From Eledone cirrhosa (taxonomy: Eukaryota), in assembly GCA_964016885.1 (NCBI GenBank), contig OZ024743.1, forward strand, positions 79,794,001-79,858,000: DNA of 64,000 nt, given 5' to 3'. The translations under genes and the position numbers were made by a program. Positions 12,801 through 27,405 of this stretch are shown here, piece after piece. Positions within the stretch are counted from its first letter, which is position 1; each line of letters starts with the position of its first letter. A model generated the notes under the pieces. That model saw nothing but the letters and a program-made list of their open reading frames with translations. It was not told the origin of the DNA and made no database searches.

Positions 12801-15800
12801 TGTTACTGGGGATGTCATACTGTTACTGGAGATGTATTACTGTTACTGGGGATGTCATACTGTTACTGGAGATGTATTACTGTTACTGGAGATGTATTAC
12901 TGTTACTGGGGATGTCATACTGTTACTGGAGATGTCTTACTGTTACTGGAGATGTCATACTGTTACTGGAGATGTCGTACTGTTACTGGAGATGTCGTAC
13001 TGTTATTGTAGATGTCATACAGTTACTGGAGATGTCTTACTGTTACTGGAGATGTCATACAGTTACTGGAGATGTCATACTGTTACTGGAGATGTCATAC
13101 TGTTACAGGAGATGGCATACTGTTACTGGAGATGTCATACAGTTACTGGAGATGTCATACTGTTACTGGAGATGTCATACTGTTACTGGAGATATCATAC
13201 TGTTACTGGAGATGTCATACTGTTACTGCAGATGTCATACTGTTACTGGAGATGTCATACTGTTACTGGAGATGTATTACTGTTACTGGAGATGTATTAC
13301 TGTTACTGGGGATGTCATACTGTTACTGGAGATGTCTTACTGTTACTGGAGATGTATTACTGTTACTGGAGATGTCATACTGTTACTGGAGATGTCATAC
13401 TGTTACTGGAGATGTATTACTGTTACTGGAGATGTCATACTGTTACTGGAGATGTCATACTGTTACTGGAGATGTATTACTGTTACTGGAGATGTCATAC
13501 TGTTACTGGAGATGTATTACTGTTACTGGAGATGTCATACTGTTACTGGAGATGTCATACTGTTACTGGAGATGTATTACTGTTACTGGAGATGTCATAC
13601 TGTTACTGGAGATGTATTACTGTTACAGGAGATGTATTACTGTTACTGGAGATGTCATACTGTTACTGGAGATGTCATACTGTTACTGGAGATGTCATAC
13701 AGTTACTGGAGATGTCATACTGTTACTGGAGATGTATTACTGTTACTGGGGATGTCTTACTGTTACTGGAGATGTCATACTGTTACTGGAGATGTCATAC
13801 TGTTACTGGAGATGTCATACTGTTACTGGAGATGTCTTACTGTTACTGGAGATGTCATACAGTTACTGGAGATGTCATACTGTTACTGGAGATGTCATAC
13901 TGTTACTGGAGATGTCATACTGTTACTGGAGATGTCATACTGTTACTGGAGATGTCATACTGTTACTGGAGATGTCATACAGTTACTGGAGATGTCATAC
14001 TGTTACTGGAGATGTCATACAGTTACTGGAGATGTCATACTGTTACTGGAGATGTCTTACTGTTACTGGAGATGTCATACTGTTACTGGAGATGTCTTAC
14101 TGTTACTGGAGATGTCATACAGTTACTGGAGATGTCATACTGTTACTGGAGATGTCTTACTGTTACTGGAGATGTCATACAGTTACTGGAGATGTCATAC
14201 TGTTACTGGAGATGTCATACTGTTACTGGAGATGTCATACTGTTACTGGAGATGTATTACTGTTACTGGAGATGTCATACTGTTACTGGAGATGTCATAC
14301 TGTTACTGGAGATGTCATACTGTTACTGGAGATGTCTTACTGTTACTGGAGATGTCATACTGTTACTGGAGATGTCATACTGTTACTGGAGATGTCTTAC
14401 TGTTACTGGAGATGTCATACTGTTACTGGAGATGTATTACTGTTACTGGAGATGTCATACAGTTACTGGAGATGTCATACTGTTACTGGAGATGTATTAC
14501 TGTTACTGGAGATGTCATACAGTTACTGGAGATGTCATACTGTTACTGGAGATGTATTACTGTTACTGGAGATGTCATACAGTTACTGGAGATGTCATAC
14601 TGTTACAGGAGATGTCTTACTGTTACTGGAGATGTCATACAGTTACTGGAGATGTCATACAGTTACTGGAGATGTCTTACTGTTACTGGGGATGTCATAC
14701 TGTTACTGGAGTTGTCATACAGTTACTGGAGATGTATTACTGTTACTGGGGATGTCATACTGTTACTGGAGTTGTCATACTGTTACTGGAGATGTCTTAC
14801 TGTTACTGGAGATGTCTTACTGTTACTGGAGATGTATTACTGTTACTGGAGATGTATTACTGTTACTGGAGATGTCATACAGTTACTGGAGATGTCATAC
14901 TGTTACTGGAGATGTCATACTGTTACTGGAGATGTCTTACTGTTACTGGAGATGTCATACAGTTACTGGAGATGTCTTACTGTTACTGGGGATGTCATAC
15001 TGTTACTGGGGATGTCATACTGTTACTGGAGATGTATTACTGTTACTGGAGATGTCATACTGTTACTGGAGATGTATTACTGTTACTGGAGATGTATTAC
15101 TGTTACTGGAGATGTCTTACTGTTACTGGAGATGTCTTACTGTTACTGGAGATGTCATACTGTTACTGGAGATGTCATACTGTTACTGGAGATGTCTTAC
15201 TGTTACTGGAGATGTATTACTGTTACTGCGGATGTCATACTGTTACTGGAGATGTATTACTGTTACTGGGGATGTCATACAGTTACTGGAGATGTCATAC
15301 TGTTACTGGAGATGTCATACTGTTACTGGAGATGTATTACTGTTACTGGAGATGTCATACTGTTACTGGAGATGTATTACTGTTACTGGAGATGTAATAC
15401 TGTTACTGGAGATGTCATACTGTTACTGGAGATGTATTACTGTTACTGGAGATGTCATACAGTTACTGGAGATGTATTACTGTTACTGGAGATGTCATAC
15501 TGTTACTGGAGATGTATTACTGTTACTGGAGATGTCTTACTGTTACTGGAGATGTATTACTGTTACTGGGGATGTCATACTGTTACTGGAGATGTATTAC
15601 TGTTACTGGAGATGTCATACTGTTACTGGGGATGTCATACTGTTACTGGAGATGTATTACTGTTACTGGAGATGTATTACTGTTACTGGAGATGTCTTAC
15701 TGTTACTGGAGATGTATTACTGTTACTGGAGATGTATTACTGTTACTGGAGATGTCTTACTGTTACTGGAGATGTATTACTGTTACTGGAGATGTCATAC

Positions 15801-18800
15801 TGTTACTGGAGATGTCTTACTGTTACTGGAGATGTCTTACTGTTACTGGAGATGTATTACTGTTACTGGAGATGTATTACTGTTACTGGAGATGTATTAC
15901 TGTTACTGGAGATGTATTACTGTTACTGGGGATGTCATACTGTTACTGGAGATGTATTACTGTTACTGGAGATGTATTACTGTTACTGGAGATGTATTAC
16001 TGTTACTGGAGATGTCTTACTGTTACTGGAGATGTATTACTGTTACTGGAGATGTATTACTGTTACTGGAGATGTATTACTGTTACTGGAGATGTATTAC
16101 TGTTACTGGGGATGTCATACTGTTACTGGAGATGTATTACTGTTACTGGAGATGTATTACTGTTACAGGAGATGTATTACTGTTACTGGAGATGTCTTAC
16201 TGTTACTGGAGATGTATTACTGTTACTGGAGATGTATTACTGTTACTGGAGATGTCATACTGTTACTGGAGATGTATTACTGTTACTGGAGATGTCATAC
16301 TGTTAGTGGGGATGTCATACTGTTACTGGAGATGTATTACTGTTACTGGAGATGTCATACTGTTACTGGGGATGTCATACTGTTACTGGAGATGTATTAC
16401 TGTTACTGGAGATGTCTTACTGTTACTGGAGATGTCATACAGTTACTGGAGATGTCTTACTGTTACTGGAGATGTCTTACTGTTACTGGAGATGTCATAC
16501 AGTTACTGGAGATGTCTTACTGTTACTGGAGATGTCATACTGTTACTGGAGATGTCATACAGTTACTGGAGATGTCTTACTGTTACTGGAGATGTCTTAC
16601 TGTTACTGGAGATGTCATACTGTTACTGGAGATGTCTTACTGTTACTGGAGATGTCATACAGTTACTGGAGATGTCATACTGTTACTGGAGATGTCTTAC
16701 TGTTACTGGAGATGTCATACAGTTACTGGAGATGTCATACTGTTACTGGAGATGTCATACTGTTACTGGGGATGTCATACTGTTACTGGAGATGTATTAC
16801 TGTTACTGGAGATGTATTACTGTTACTGGAGATGTCATACTGTTACTGGGGATGTCATACTGTTACTGGAGATGTATTACTGTTACTGGAGATGTATTAC
16901 TGTTACTGGAGATGTCTTACTATTACTGGAGATGTCATACAGTTACTGGAGATGTCATACTGTTACTGGAGATGTCTTACTGTTACTGGAGATGTCATAC
17001 TGTTACTGGAGATGTCATACTGTTACTGGAGATGTCTTACTGTTACTGGAGATGTCATACTGTTACTGGAGATGTCATACTGTTACTGCAGATGTATTAC
17101 TGTTACTGGAGATGTCATACTGTTACTGGAGATGTATTACTGTTACTGGAGATGTCATACTGTTACTGGAGATGTCATACTGTTACTGGAGATGTATTAC
17201 TGTTACTGGAGATGTCTTACTGTTACTGGAGATGTCATACTGTTACTGGAGATGTCATACTGTTACTGGAGATGTCTTACTGTTACTGGAGATGTCATAC
17301 TGTTACTGGAGATGTTTTACTGTTACTGGAGATGTCATACTGTTACAGGAGATGTCATACTGTTACTGGAGATGTCATACAGTTACTGGAGATGTCATAC
17401 TGTTACTGGAGATGTCGTACAGTTACTGGAGATGTCATACTGTTACTGGAGATGTCATACTGTTACTGGAGATGTCATACTGTTACTGGAGATGTCTTAC
17501 TGTTACTGGAGATGTCATACTGTTACTGGAGATGTCATACTGTTACTGGAGATGTCTTACTGTTACTGGAGATGTCATACTGTTACTGGAGATGTCATAC
17601 TGTTATTGAAGATGTCATACTGTTACTGGAGATGTCATACAGTTACTGGAGATGTCGTACAGTTACTGGAGATGTCATACTGTTACTGGAGATGTCATAC
17701 TGTTACTGGAGATGTCATACTGTTACTGGAGATGTCTTACTGTTACTGGAGATGTCATACTGTTACTGGAGATGTCATACTGTTACTGCAGATGTATTAC
17801 TGTTACAGGAGATGTATTACTGTTACTGGAGATGTCATACTGTTACTGGAGATGTCTTACTGTTACTGGAGATGTATTACTGTTACTGGAGATGTCTTAC
17901 TGTTACTGGAGATGTCATACTGTTATTGAAGATGTCATACTGTTACTGGAGATGTCATACAGTTACTGGAGATGTCATACTGTTACTGGAGATGTCATAC
18001 TGTTACTGGAGATGTCTTACTGTTACTGGAGATGTCATACTGTTACTGGAGATGTCATACTGTTACTGGAGATGTCATACTGTTATTGAAGATGTCATAC
18101 TGTTACTGGAGATGTCATACAGTTACTGGAGATGTCATACTGTTACTGGAGATGTCATACAGTTACTGGAGATGTCTTACTGTTACTGGAGATGTCATAC
18201 TGTTATTGAAGATGTCATACTGTTACTGGAGATGTCATACAGTTACTGGAGATGTCATACTGTTACTGGAGATGTCATACAGTTACTGGAGATGTCTTAC
18301 TGTTACTGGAGATGTCATACTGTTACTGGAGATGTCATACTGTTACTGGAGATGTCTTACTGTTACTGGAGATGTCATACTGTTACTGGAGATGTCTTAC
18401 TGTTACTGGAGATGTCATACTGTTATTGAAGATGTCATACTGTTACTGGAGATGTCATACAGTTACTGGAGATGTCATACTGTTACTGGAGATGTCATAC
18501 AGTTACTGGAGATGTCTTACTGTTACTGGAGATGTCATACTGTTACTGGAGATGTCATACTGTTACTGGAGATGTCATACTGTTACTGGAGATGTCATAC
18601 TGTTACTGGAGATGTCATACTGTTACTGGAGATGTCTTACTGTTACTGGAGATGTCATACTGTTACTGGAGATGTCTTACTGTTACTGGAGATGTCATAC
18701 TGTTATTGAAGATGTCATACTGTTACTGGAGATGTCATACTGTTACTGGAGATGTCATACTGTTACTGGAGATGTCATACAGTTACTGGAGATGTCTTAC

Positions 18801-21195
18801 TGTTACTGGAGATGTCATACTGTTACTGGAGATGTCTTACTGTTACTGGAGATGTCATACTGTTACTGGAGATGTCATACTGTTACTGGAGATGTCTTAC
18901 TGTTACTGGAGATGTCATACTGTTACAGGAGATGTCTTACTGTTACTGGAGATGTCATACTGTTACTGGAGATGTCATACTGTTACTGGAGATGTATTAC
19001 TGTTACTGGAGATGTCATACAGTTACTGGAGATGTCTTACTGTTACTGGAGATGTCATACTGTTACTGGAGATGTCTTACTGTTACTGGAGATGTCATAC
19101 TGTTACTGGAGATGTCATACTGTTACTGGAGATGTCTTACTGTTACTGGAGATGTCATACTGTTACTGGAGATGTCATACTGTTACTGGAGATGTCATAC
19201 TGTTACTGGAGATGTCATACTGTTACTGGAGATGTCTTACTGTTACTGGAGATGTCATACTGTTACTGGAGATGTCTTACTGTTACTGGAGATGTCATAC
19301 TGTTATTGAAGATGTCATACTGTTACTGGAGATGTCATACTGTTACTGGAGATGTCATACTGTTACTGGAGATGTCATACAGTTACTGGAGATGTCTTAC
19401 TGTTACTGGAGATGTCATACTGTTACTGGAGATGTCTTACTGTTACTGGAGATGTCATACTGTTACTGGAGATGTCATACTGTTACTGGAGATGTCTTAC
19501 TGTTACTGGAGATGTCATACTGTTACTGGAGATGTCATACTGTTACTGGAGATGTCTTACTGTTACTGGAGATGTCATACTGTTACTGGAGATGTCATAC
19601 TGTTACTGGAGATGTCTTACTGTTACTGTAGATGTCTTACTGTTACTGGAGATGTCATACTGTTACTGGAGATGTCATACTGTTACTGGAGATGTCTTAC
19701 TGTTACTGGAGATGTCTTACTGTTACTGGAGATGTCATACTGTTACTGGAGATGTCATACTGTTACTGGAGATGTCATACTGTTACTGGAGATGTCTTAC
19801 TGTTACAGGAGATGTATTACTTTTACTGGAGATGTCATACTGTTACTGGAGATGTCATACTGTTACTGGAGATGTCTTACTGTTACAGGAGATGTATTAC
19901 TTTTACTGGAGATGTCATACTGTTACTGGAGATGTCTTACTGTTACTGGAGATGTCATACTGTTACTGGAGATGTCATATTGTTACTGGAGATGTCATAC
20001 TGTTACTGGAGATGTCATACTGTTACTGGAGATGTCATACTGTTACAGGAGATGTATTACTTTTACTGGAGATGTCATACTGTTACTGGAGATGTCATAC
20101 TGTTACTGGAGATGTCTTACTGTTACAGGAGATGTATTACTGTTACTGGACATGTCATACTGTTACTGGAGATGTCTTACTGTTACTGGAGATGTCATAT
20201 AGTTACTGGAGATGTCATACTGTTACTGGAGATGTCTTACTGTTACTGGAGATGTATTACTGTTACTGGAGATGTCTTACTGTTACTGGAGATGTCATAC
20301 TGTTACTGGAGATGTCATACAGTTACTGGAGATGTCTTACTGTTACTGGAGATGTCATACTGTTACTGGAGATGTCATACTGTTACTGGAGATGTCTTAC
20401 TGTTACTGGAGATGTCATACTGTTACAGGAGATGTATTACTGTTACTGGAGATGTCATACTGTTACTGGAGATGTCATACTGTTACTGGAGATGTCATAC
20501 AGTTACTGGAGATGTCATACTGTTACTGGAGATGTCATACTGTTACTGGAGATGTCATACTGTTACTGGAGATGTCATACAGTTACTGGAGATGTATTAC
20601 TGTTACTGGAGATGTCATACTGTTACAGGAGATGTATTACTGTTACTGGAGATGTCATACAGTTACTGGAGATGTCATACTGTTACTGGAGATGTCTTAC
20701 TGTTACTGGAGATGTCATACAGTTACTGGAGATGTCATACTGTTACTGGAGATGTCATACTGTTACTGGAGATGTCATACAGTTTCTGGAGATGTCATAC
20801 TGTTACTGGAGATGTCATACAGTTACTGGAGATGTATTACTGTTACTGGAGATGTCATACTGTTACAGGAGATGTATTACTGTTACTGGAGATGTCATAC
20901 AGTTACTGGAGATGTCATACTGTTACTGGAGATGTCTTACTGTTACTGGAGATGTCATACAGTTACTGGAGATGTCTTACTGTTACTGGAGATGTCTTAC
21001 TGTTACTGGAGATGTCTTACTGTTACTGGAGATGTCTTACTGTTACAGGAGATGTCTTACTGTTACTGGAGATGTCTTACTGTTACTGGAGATGTCTTAC
21101 TGTTACTGGAGATGTCTTACAGTTACTGGAGATGTATTACTGTTACTGGAGATGTCATACTGTTACTGGAGATGTCTTACTGTTACAGGAGATGT
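9871..21195 (+). repeat. 20-bp satellite array, about 566 units of GATGTCATACTGTTACTGGA
   Basis: Exact 20-bp phase over 11.3 kb, with a small set of recurrent point variants. Confidence 0.99.
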
Positions 21196-21481
21196 TTGGC
21201 CGAATGTTTCAGAGGTTTGTTTCCCCCATGATAGGGTTATATTTCAGGTTCGATTCCACTGTAGAGCAGAGCAAATGTTTACCTTAGCTGCGGGTTGAGA
21301 GAGGTCTAGTGAAATAAGGTAGGATGCAGCAGTGTTGAAATCAGAGGAAGGACTGTAGCAGTAATTCAAGGGGTCAACCTTGTTACATCCTGTGTTATGT
21401 TGAATTTGCAGGTTCATTTCATGATCCGGCTGTTCCGTTCATTGCAGTAACGGACCACGTCATCGAAATAAACAGCGTTCC

Positions 21482-21483
<2 letters not shown>

Positions 21484-21554
<71 letters not shown>

Positions 21555-21564
21555 TCTCTCTCTC
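21484..21564. repeat. (CT)n microsatellite
   Basis: Direct inspection; similar tracts at 24041-24154 and (GA)n at 54770-54861. Confidence 0.95.
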
Positions 21565-21918
21565 ATATTATATACATATATATATGAAAAATTCGGGACC
21601 CTGACAGCTGAGCTCCTGTCGTTTAAACAGCTAGATCACAGCTAGATCCGAACTGAATTTTTCATATTACCCACTCTACTACCCCAAGTATTGAGTACTC
21701 TGGTAAGTAATGATCTAACTGTTTTTTTACTGCATCCATTGTGATTTATATATATATAACGATAATTGAAAAAGCGGGGTTAAAAAGCGCACCTTGTGTA
21801 TATATATAATTATCAAAAACCTTTCTTTTTAAGTTTCTCTTTTTGTTAAGACTCTTGCATATTGTTTACGATTGCATGGTTAGGGTCGCTTTTGTCCTTG
21901 TAATATATATACTATAAT

Positions 21919-23965
21919 TATAATTTTTGAGGCCAGTTACTACAACGGTATCATACAATGTACGTACGTTTCGTTGGTCCTGAGAACCAGCTTGTTCAAC
22001 CTGTGCCGATAGACAATCAACCGGTAAAGGTTGAATAAACTAGCCGCCAGGACCAATGAAACATACCTACTATGGCGTTGTTGTAGTAACTGGTCGCCAG
22101 GACCAATGAAATCTACCTACTATGACACTGTTATAGTAACTGGCCGCCAGGACCAATGAAGTCTACCTACTATGACACTGTTGTTGTACCTGGCCGCCAG
22201 GACCAATGAAATCTACCTACTATGGCGTTGTTGTAGTAACTGGTCGCCAAGACCAATGAAATCTACCTACTATGACACTGTTATAGTAACTGGCCGCCAA
22301 GACCAATGAAATCTACCTACTATGACGTTGTTGTAGTAACTGGCCGCCAGGACCAATGAAATCTACCTACTATGACACTGTTATAGTAACTGGCCGCCAG
22401 GACCAATCAAATCTACCTACTATGGCGTTGTTGTAGTAACTGGTCGCCAAGACCAATGAAATCTACCTACTATGACACTGTTGTAGTAACTGGGCGCCAG
22501 GACCAATGAAATCTACCTACTATGACACTGTTGTAGTAACTGGCCGCCAGGACCAATGAAATCTACCTACTATGACACTGTTGTAGTAACTGGCCGTCAG
22601 GACCAATGGAATCTACCTACTATGACACTGTTGTTGTACCTGGCCGCCAGGACCAATGGAATCTACCTACTATGGCACTGTTGTAGTAACTGGCCGCCAG
22701 GACCAAAGAAATCTACCTACTATGACACTGTTGTAGTAAATGGCCGCCAGGACCAATGAAATCTACCTACTATGACACCACTGTTGTAGTAACTGAACTG
22801 GCCGCCAAGACCAATGAAATCTACCTACTATGGCACTGTTATAGTAACTGGCCGCCAGGACCAATGAAATCTACCTACTATGACACTGTTGTAGTAAATG
22901 ACCGCCAGGACCAATCAAATCTACCTACTATGGCACTGTTATAGTAACTGGCCGCCAGGACCAATGAAATCTACCTACTATGACACTGTTGTAGTAACTG
23001 GCCGCCAGGACCAATGAAATCTACCTACTATGGCACTGTTGTAGTAACTGGCCGCCAGGACCAATGAAATCTACCTACTATGACACTGTTATAGTAACTG
23101 GCCGCCAGGACCAATGAAATCTACCTACTATGACACTGTTATAGTAACTGGCCGCCAGGACCAATGAAATCTACCTACTATGGCGTTGTTGTAGTAACTG
23201 GCCGCCAGGACCAATGAAATCTACCTACTATGGCGTTGTTGTAGTAACTGGCCGCCAGGACCAATGAAATCTACCTACTATGACACTGTTATAGTAACTG
23301 GTCGCCAGGACCAATCAAATCTACCTACTATAACACTGTTATAGTAACTGGTCGCCAGGACCAATCAAATCTACCTACTATGACACTGTTGTAGTAACTG
23401 GCCGCCAGGACCAATCAAATCTACCTACTATGGCGTTGTTGTAGTAACTGGCCGCCAGGACCAATGAAATCTACCTACTATGGCGTTGTTGTAGTAACTG
23501 GCCGCCAAGACCAATCAAATCTACCTACTATGGCGTTGTTGTAGTAACTGGCCGCCAGGACCAATGAAATCTACCTACTATGGCGTTGTTGTAGTAACTG
23601 GCCGCCAAGACCAATGAAATCTACCTACTATGGCGTTGTTGTAGTAACTGGCCGCCAGGACCAATCAAATCTACCTACTATGGCGTTGTTGTAGTAACTG
23701 GCCGCCAAGACCAATGAAATCTACCTACTATGGCGTTGTTGTAGTAACTGGCCGCCAGGACCAATCAAATCTACCTACTATGGCGTTGTTGTAGTAACTG
23801 GTCGCCAAGACCAATGAAATCTACCTACTATGACACTGTTGTAGTAACTGGCCGCCAGGACCAATCAAATCTACCTACTATGGCGTTGTTATAGTAACTG
23901 GTCGCCAAGACCAATGAAATCTACCTACTATGACACTGTTGTAGTAACTGGCCTCAATAATTATA
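21919..23965. mobile_element. Non-autonomous TIR element (MITE-like) containing a 50-bp tandem array
   Basis: 21919-21955 TATAATTTTTGAGGCCAGTTACTACAACGGTATCATA is the inverted repeat of 23929-23965 (34/37 match). Confidence 0.7.
22038..23953 (+). repeat. 50-bp minisatellite, about 38 units
   Basis: Unit GGCCGCCAGGACCAATGAAATCTACCTACTATGACACTGTTGTAGTAACT with a GACACT/GGCGTT dimorphism. Confidence 0.97.
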
Positions 23966-24040
23966 TTTAAACTCGTCGCCTTACGGACTTGAGTTGTTCT
24001 ACACTTTCGATACTTTTACCTTCCTATTACAACACACACA

Positions 24041-24137
<97 letters not shown>

Positions 24138-24156
24138 TTCTCTCTCTTCCTCTCTC

Positions 24157-24196
<40 letters not shown>

Positions 24197-24805
24197 TTAG
24201 TCAATATCAAGGAATTGAACTCTTCATCTATTTTATTGATCCTGAAATCCTTAACATGTAAAGGTCATATCCTTTACGTAAATCCCACACGAACGTATGT
24301 GTTGCTTGATTTCTGTAGGGACACATGTGGTGGTGATGGTGGGGTAGTAGTAGTGGTAGAGTCACATGTAGTGGTAGTAGTAGTGGTAGAGTCACATCTA
24401 GTGGTGATGATGGTGGTAGGGACACATGTAGTGGTGGTGGTGGTGGTGGTGGTGGTGGTAGAGACACAGATGTGGTGGTGGTGGTGGAGTAGTGGTAGGG
24501 ACACAGATGTGGTGGTGGTGGTGGTGGTGGTGTTGGTAGGGCAGTGGTGGAGTGACATAGGGAGGGGATGTAGGAATAAATGGAGAGAGAGAGAGAGGTG
24601 TGAGGAGAATGTGAGAGAGTGACGTATCAGGGAATAGAAGTGGAGACAAAGAAAGAGTCAGACTTGTGAGAAAGTGTGTGAGGTTGCGAGAGAGAAAGAG
24701 GCTGATGTTGAGAGAGAGAGAGGGAGAGAGAGAGGTGGGTGACGGCGGGGAAAAAGAAACGTATAGAAGAGAAAGAGGTAGTTTGAGATGGGGAGAGAGA
24801 TAGAA

Positions 24806-25424
24806 AGAGAGAAGTGAGCAGTAGAGAGAGGTTAGGGAGAATAATGATATACAATAGAGAGAGGTATGAAAGAGAGAAGAGAGCAGTAGGGAGAGGTTAG
24901 AGAGAGAAATGATTTACAATAGAGAGAGGTATGGAAGAGAGAAGAGAGCAGTGGGGAGAGGTTAGGGAGAATAATGATATACAATAGAGAGAGGTATGAA
25001 AGAGAGAAGAGAGCAGTAGAGAGAGGTTAGGGAGAATAATGATATACAATAGAGAGAGGTATGGAAGAGAGAAGAGAGCAGTAGGGAGAGGTTAGGGAGA
25101 GAAATGATTTACAATAGAGAGAGGTATGGAAGAGAGAAGAGAGCAGTAGGGAGAGGTTAGGGAGAGAAATGATTTACACTAGAGAGAGGTATGGAAGAGA
25201 GAAGAGAGCAGTGGGGAGTGGTTAGGGAGAGAAATGATTTACAATAGAGAGAGGTATGGAAGAGAGAAGAGAGCAGTGGGGAGAGGTTAGGGAGAGAAAT
25301 GGTTTACAATAGAGAGAGGTATGGAAGAGAGAAGAGAGCAGTGGGGAGAGGTTAGGGAGAGAAATGATTTACAATAGAGAGAGGTATGGAAGAGAGAAGA
25401 GAGCAGTAGGGAGAGGTTAGGGAG
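24806..25424 (+). repeat. 65-bp purine-rich minisatellite, about 9.5 units
   Basis: Unit AGAGAGAAGAGAGCAGTAGGGAGAGGTTAGGGAGAGAAATGATTTACAATAGAGAGAGGTATGGA; period 65 (for example 24831 to 24896). Confidence 0.95.
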
Positions 25425-26994
25425 TGAGAGGGGGTGGAAGAAAGGAGAAATCTGTTACTGCAAATGTAAGACCTAAAGTAAGATTAATTTTATATTTCCT
25501 GTGTAATTCATTTACAATTGGTGAAGGAGAGAGCGAGGGAAAGAAAGGAGAGAGGGATGGAAACAGGAGAGAGGGAGGGACAGATAAGGAGAGAGGGGGG
25601 AAAGAGAAGGAGATAGGGAGGGAAAGAGAATGAGAGAGGGAGGGAAAGAGGAGAGGGGGGGACATATAAGGAGAGAGGGGGAAAGAGAAGGAGAGAGGGA
25701 GGGAAAGAGAAGGGGAGAGGAATGGAAAGAGGAGAGAGGGAGGGACAGATAAGGAGAGAGGGGGAAAGAGAAGGAGAGAGGGAGGGAAAGAGAAGGAGAG
25801 AGGAAGGGAAATAGATAAATGTAATGAGGAATTGAGTGAGAAAAATAACAACAAAACAGTATCATCCATATTATAACTGAGCGGAAGTCGTTTGTAACCC
25901 ATTGAACCGGAAATACAACAACAGTCACAGTAACAGCAAAACGAATGAAGACAGATAAGGTTTTGATGTTTGATGGAAACAACCTTCAGTGTTTGACGTA
26001 CAACGAAAAAGGAAGCTTTCTTATTGGTTGCTATATTTTGAAACGAAAAAAAAAAAACATTTACTAGTACAGTACAACAATACGTTAATGTAGTGAGAAA
26101 GCGGGTAGTCTAATGGTTAGAGTGTTGAACTGAAGATTATAGGGATCACAGTCAGATTTGTCACTTTGCTCCTTCCGACAGGAGTTGCAGCCGACATACA
26201 GTATGAGCAATGTCAACTTTGTATCATTAGTCCGATCTGACAATCGGCTTCTTGCCTCTTTTTATATGTATTTCACTGAACTGTACTGTATTGTGGGTAC
26301 AGTGTGGCTGAAAGGTTATGAAGTTGTCTTTGCAATCATAAGGTCTCAGGCTTGATTCCAACATGTGACATCTTCATCAAGTGTTAATTACAATAGCTTC
26401 GGGTCGGCCCTTAATATTTTAGTGAAAACAGAGGTTACACACATCTCAATCGGTTCAGCATCCAATTATAATCTTTAAAAAGTTGTATAAATGACATTAG
26501 AGAAAGGTTTCCCACAATAATAAAACTTTTGTTAAGGTGGTCTTTTGCAATAATAGTTTAGAACAAAGCAGATTCAAAGAAGAAATTATTCCAAAACTCT
26601 GTCATTCCAAATTTGAAGGGTCAGATCTTTCTTTTCAATAAATGTCCGGACGTTTCCAACATTTTCCCATTAACCATTCATATAGGAACTTCTTTAATAG
26701 ACATAATATAAAATGAAGTTACAGTTGGACGACAAATATATGGAACATTAGATGTCATACACTCCAGCCAACTAACCAGACACAAGTTCAGGAACACTAT
26801 TGATCCCAATACTTATTAAATCTGTTATTAATGTTATCAACCTAGTTTTGTTGAAACAGTAATTTACGGGATATAGATAAATAGTAATGTTAAACATACA
26901 CACACATATATGCCCATACATATATACAAATACACACGCAAACAAACACACACACACATAAAAAATATATATATATTCATTTCGATAAGGGTAA

Positions 26995-27099
26995 ATAATT
27001 GTTTCTACTTTTGGCACAAGGCCAGCAATTATCCAGTGCATTACTGGTACTTTATTTTATCGACCGCGTAAGGATGAAAGGCAAAGTTAACCTCGGCGA
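26995..27099 (-). mobile_element. tRNA-derived SINE, 5'-truncated
   Basis: Same body as the copy at 27606-27778. Confidence 0.85.
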
Positions 27100-27237
27100 G
27101 TCTTGTTACTCTAGGGTTTTGCCTGTTTATCAGATAAAACTGCAGAGTAACAAGACTAACTATTTCCCTTAATAAAATGAATATTAAAACTCTACTTCGG
27201 TTTGAGTACTCCCTTCTCTCAGCAGTCAACGACATAC

Positions 27238-27269
<32 letters not shown>

Positions 27270-27271
<2 letters not shown>

Positions 27272-27405
27272 CGTATGTTGATGCCCTAAGGACAGACACT
27301 GGACTGTTGGAGATGCAGGACATGGCAGCGATAATGAGGGACAGAGACCGCTGGAGAGAACTCGTCCATGGATCTCGGGAATTTTACCCGCCTTAGATAG
27401 ATAGA
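27270..27405 (+). mobile_element. 3' end of an RTE-like LINE with (TAGA)n tail
   Basis: Encodes TYVDALRTDTGL...MRDRDRWRELV, an RTE-type C-terminal DRxxWR motif; homologous to 33476-33600 on the minus strand. Confidence 0.7.

Noticed and set aside
9912-17609. 2565-aa ORF and overlapping long ORFs as real genes
   Set aside because: They are a by-product of a stop-free 20-bp unit; the same peptide appears in all three frames and no gene structure is evident.
22038-23953. CRISPR-like array (also considered for the 29-bp and 64-bp arrays)
   Set aside because: Units are head-to-tail with no unique spacers, there are no cas genes, and the context is eukaryotic.
9871-23953. Common origin of the 20-bp and 50-bp satellites
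   Set aside because: They share only 6-7-bp words (TATGACA, AGTAAC) with different spacing, which is compatible with chance.
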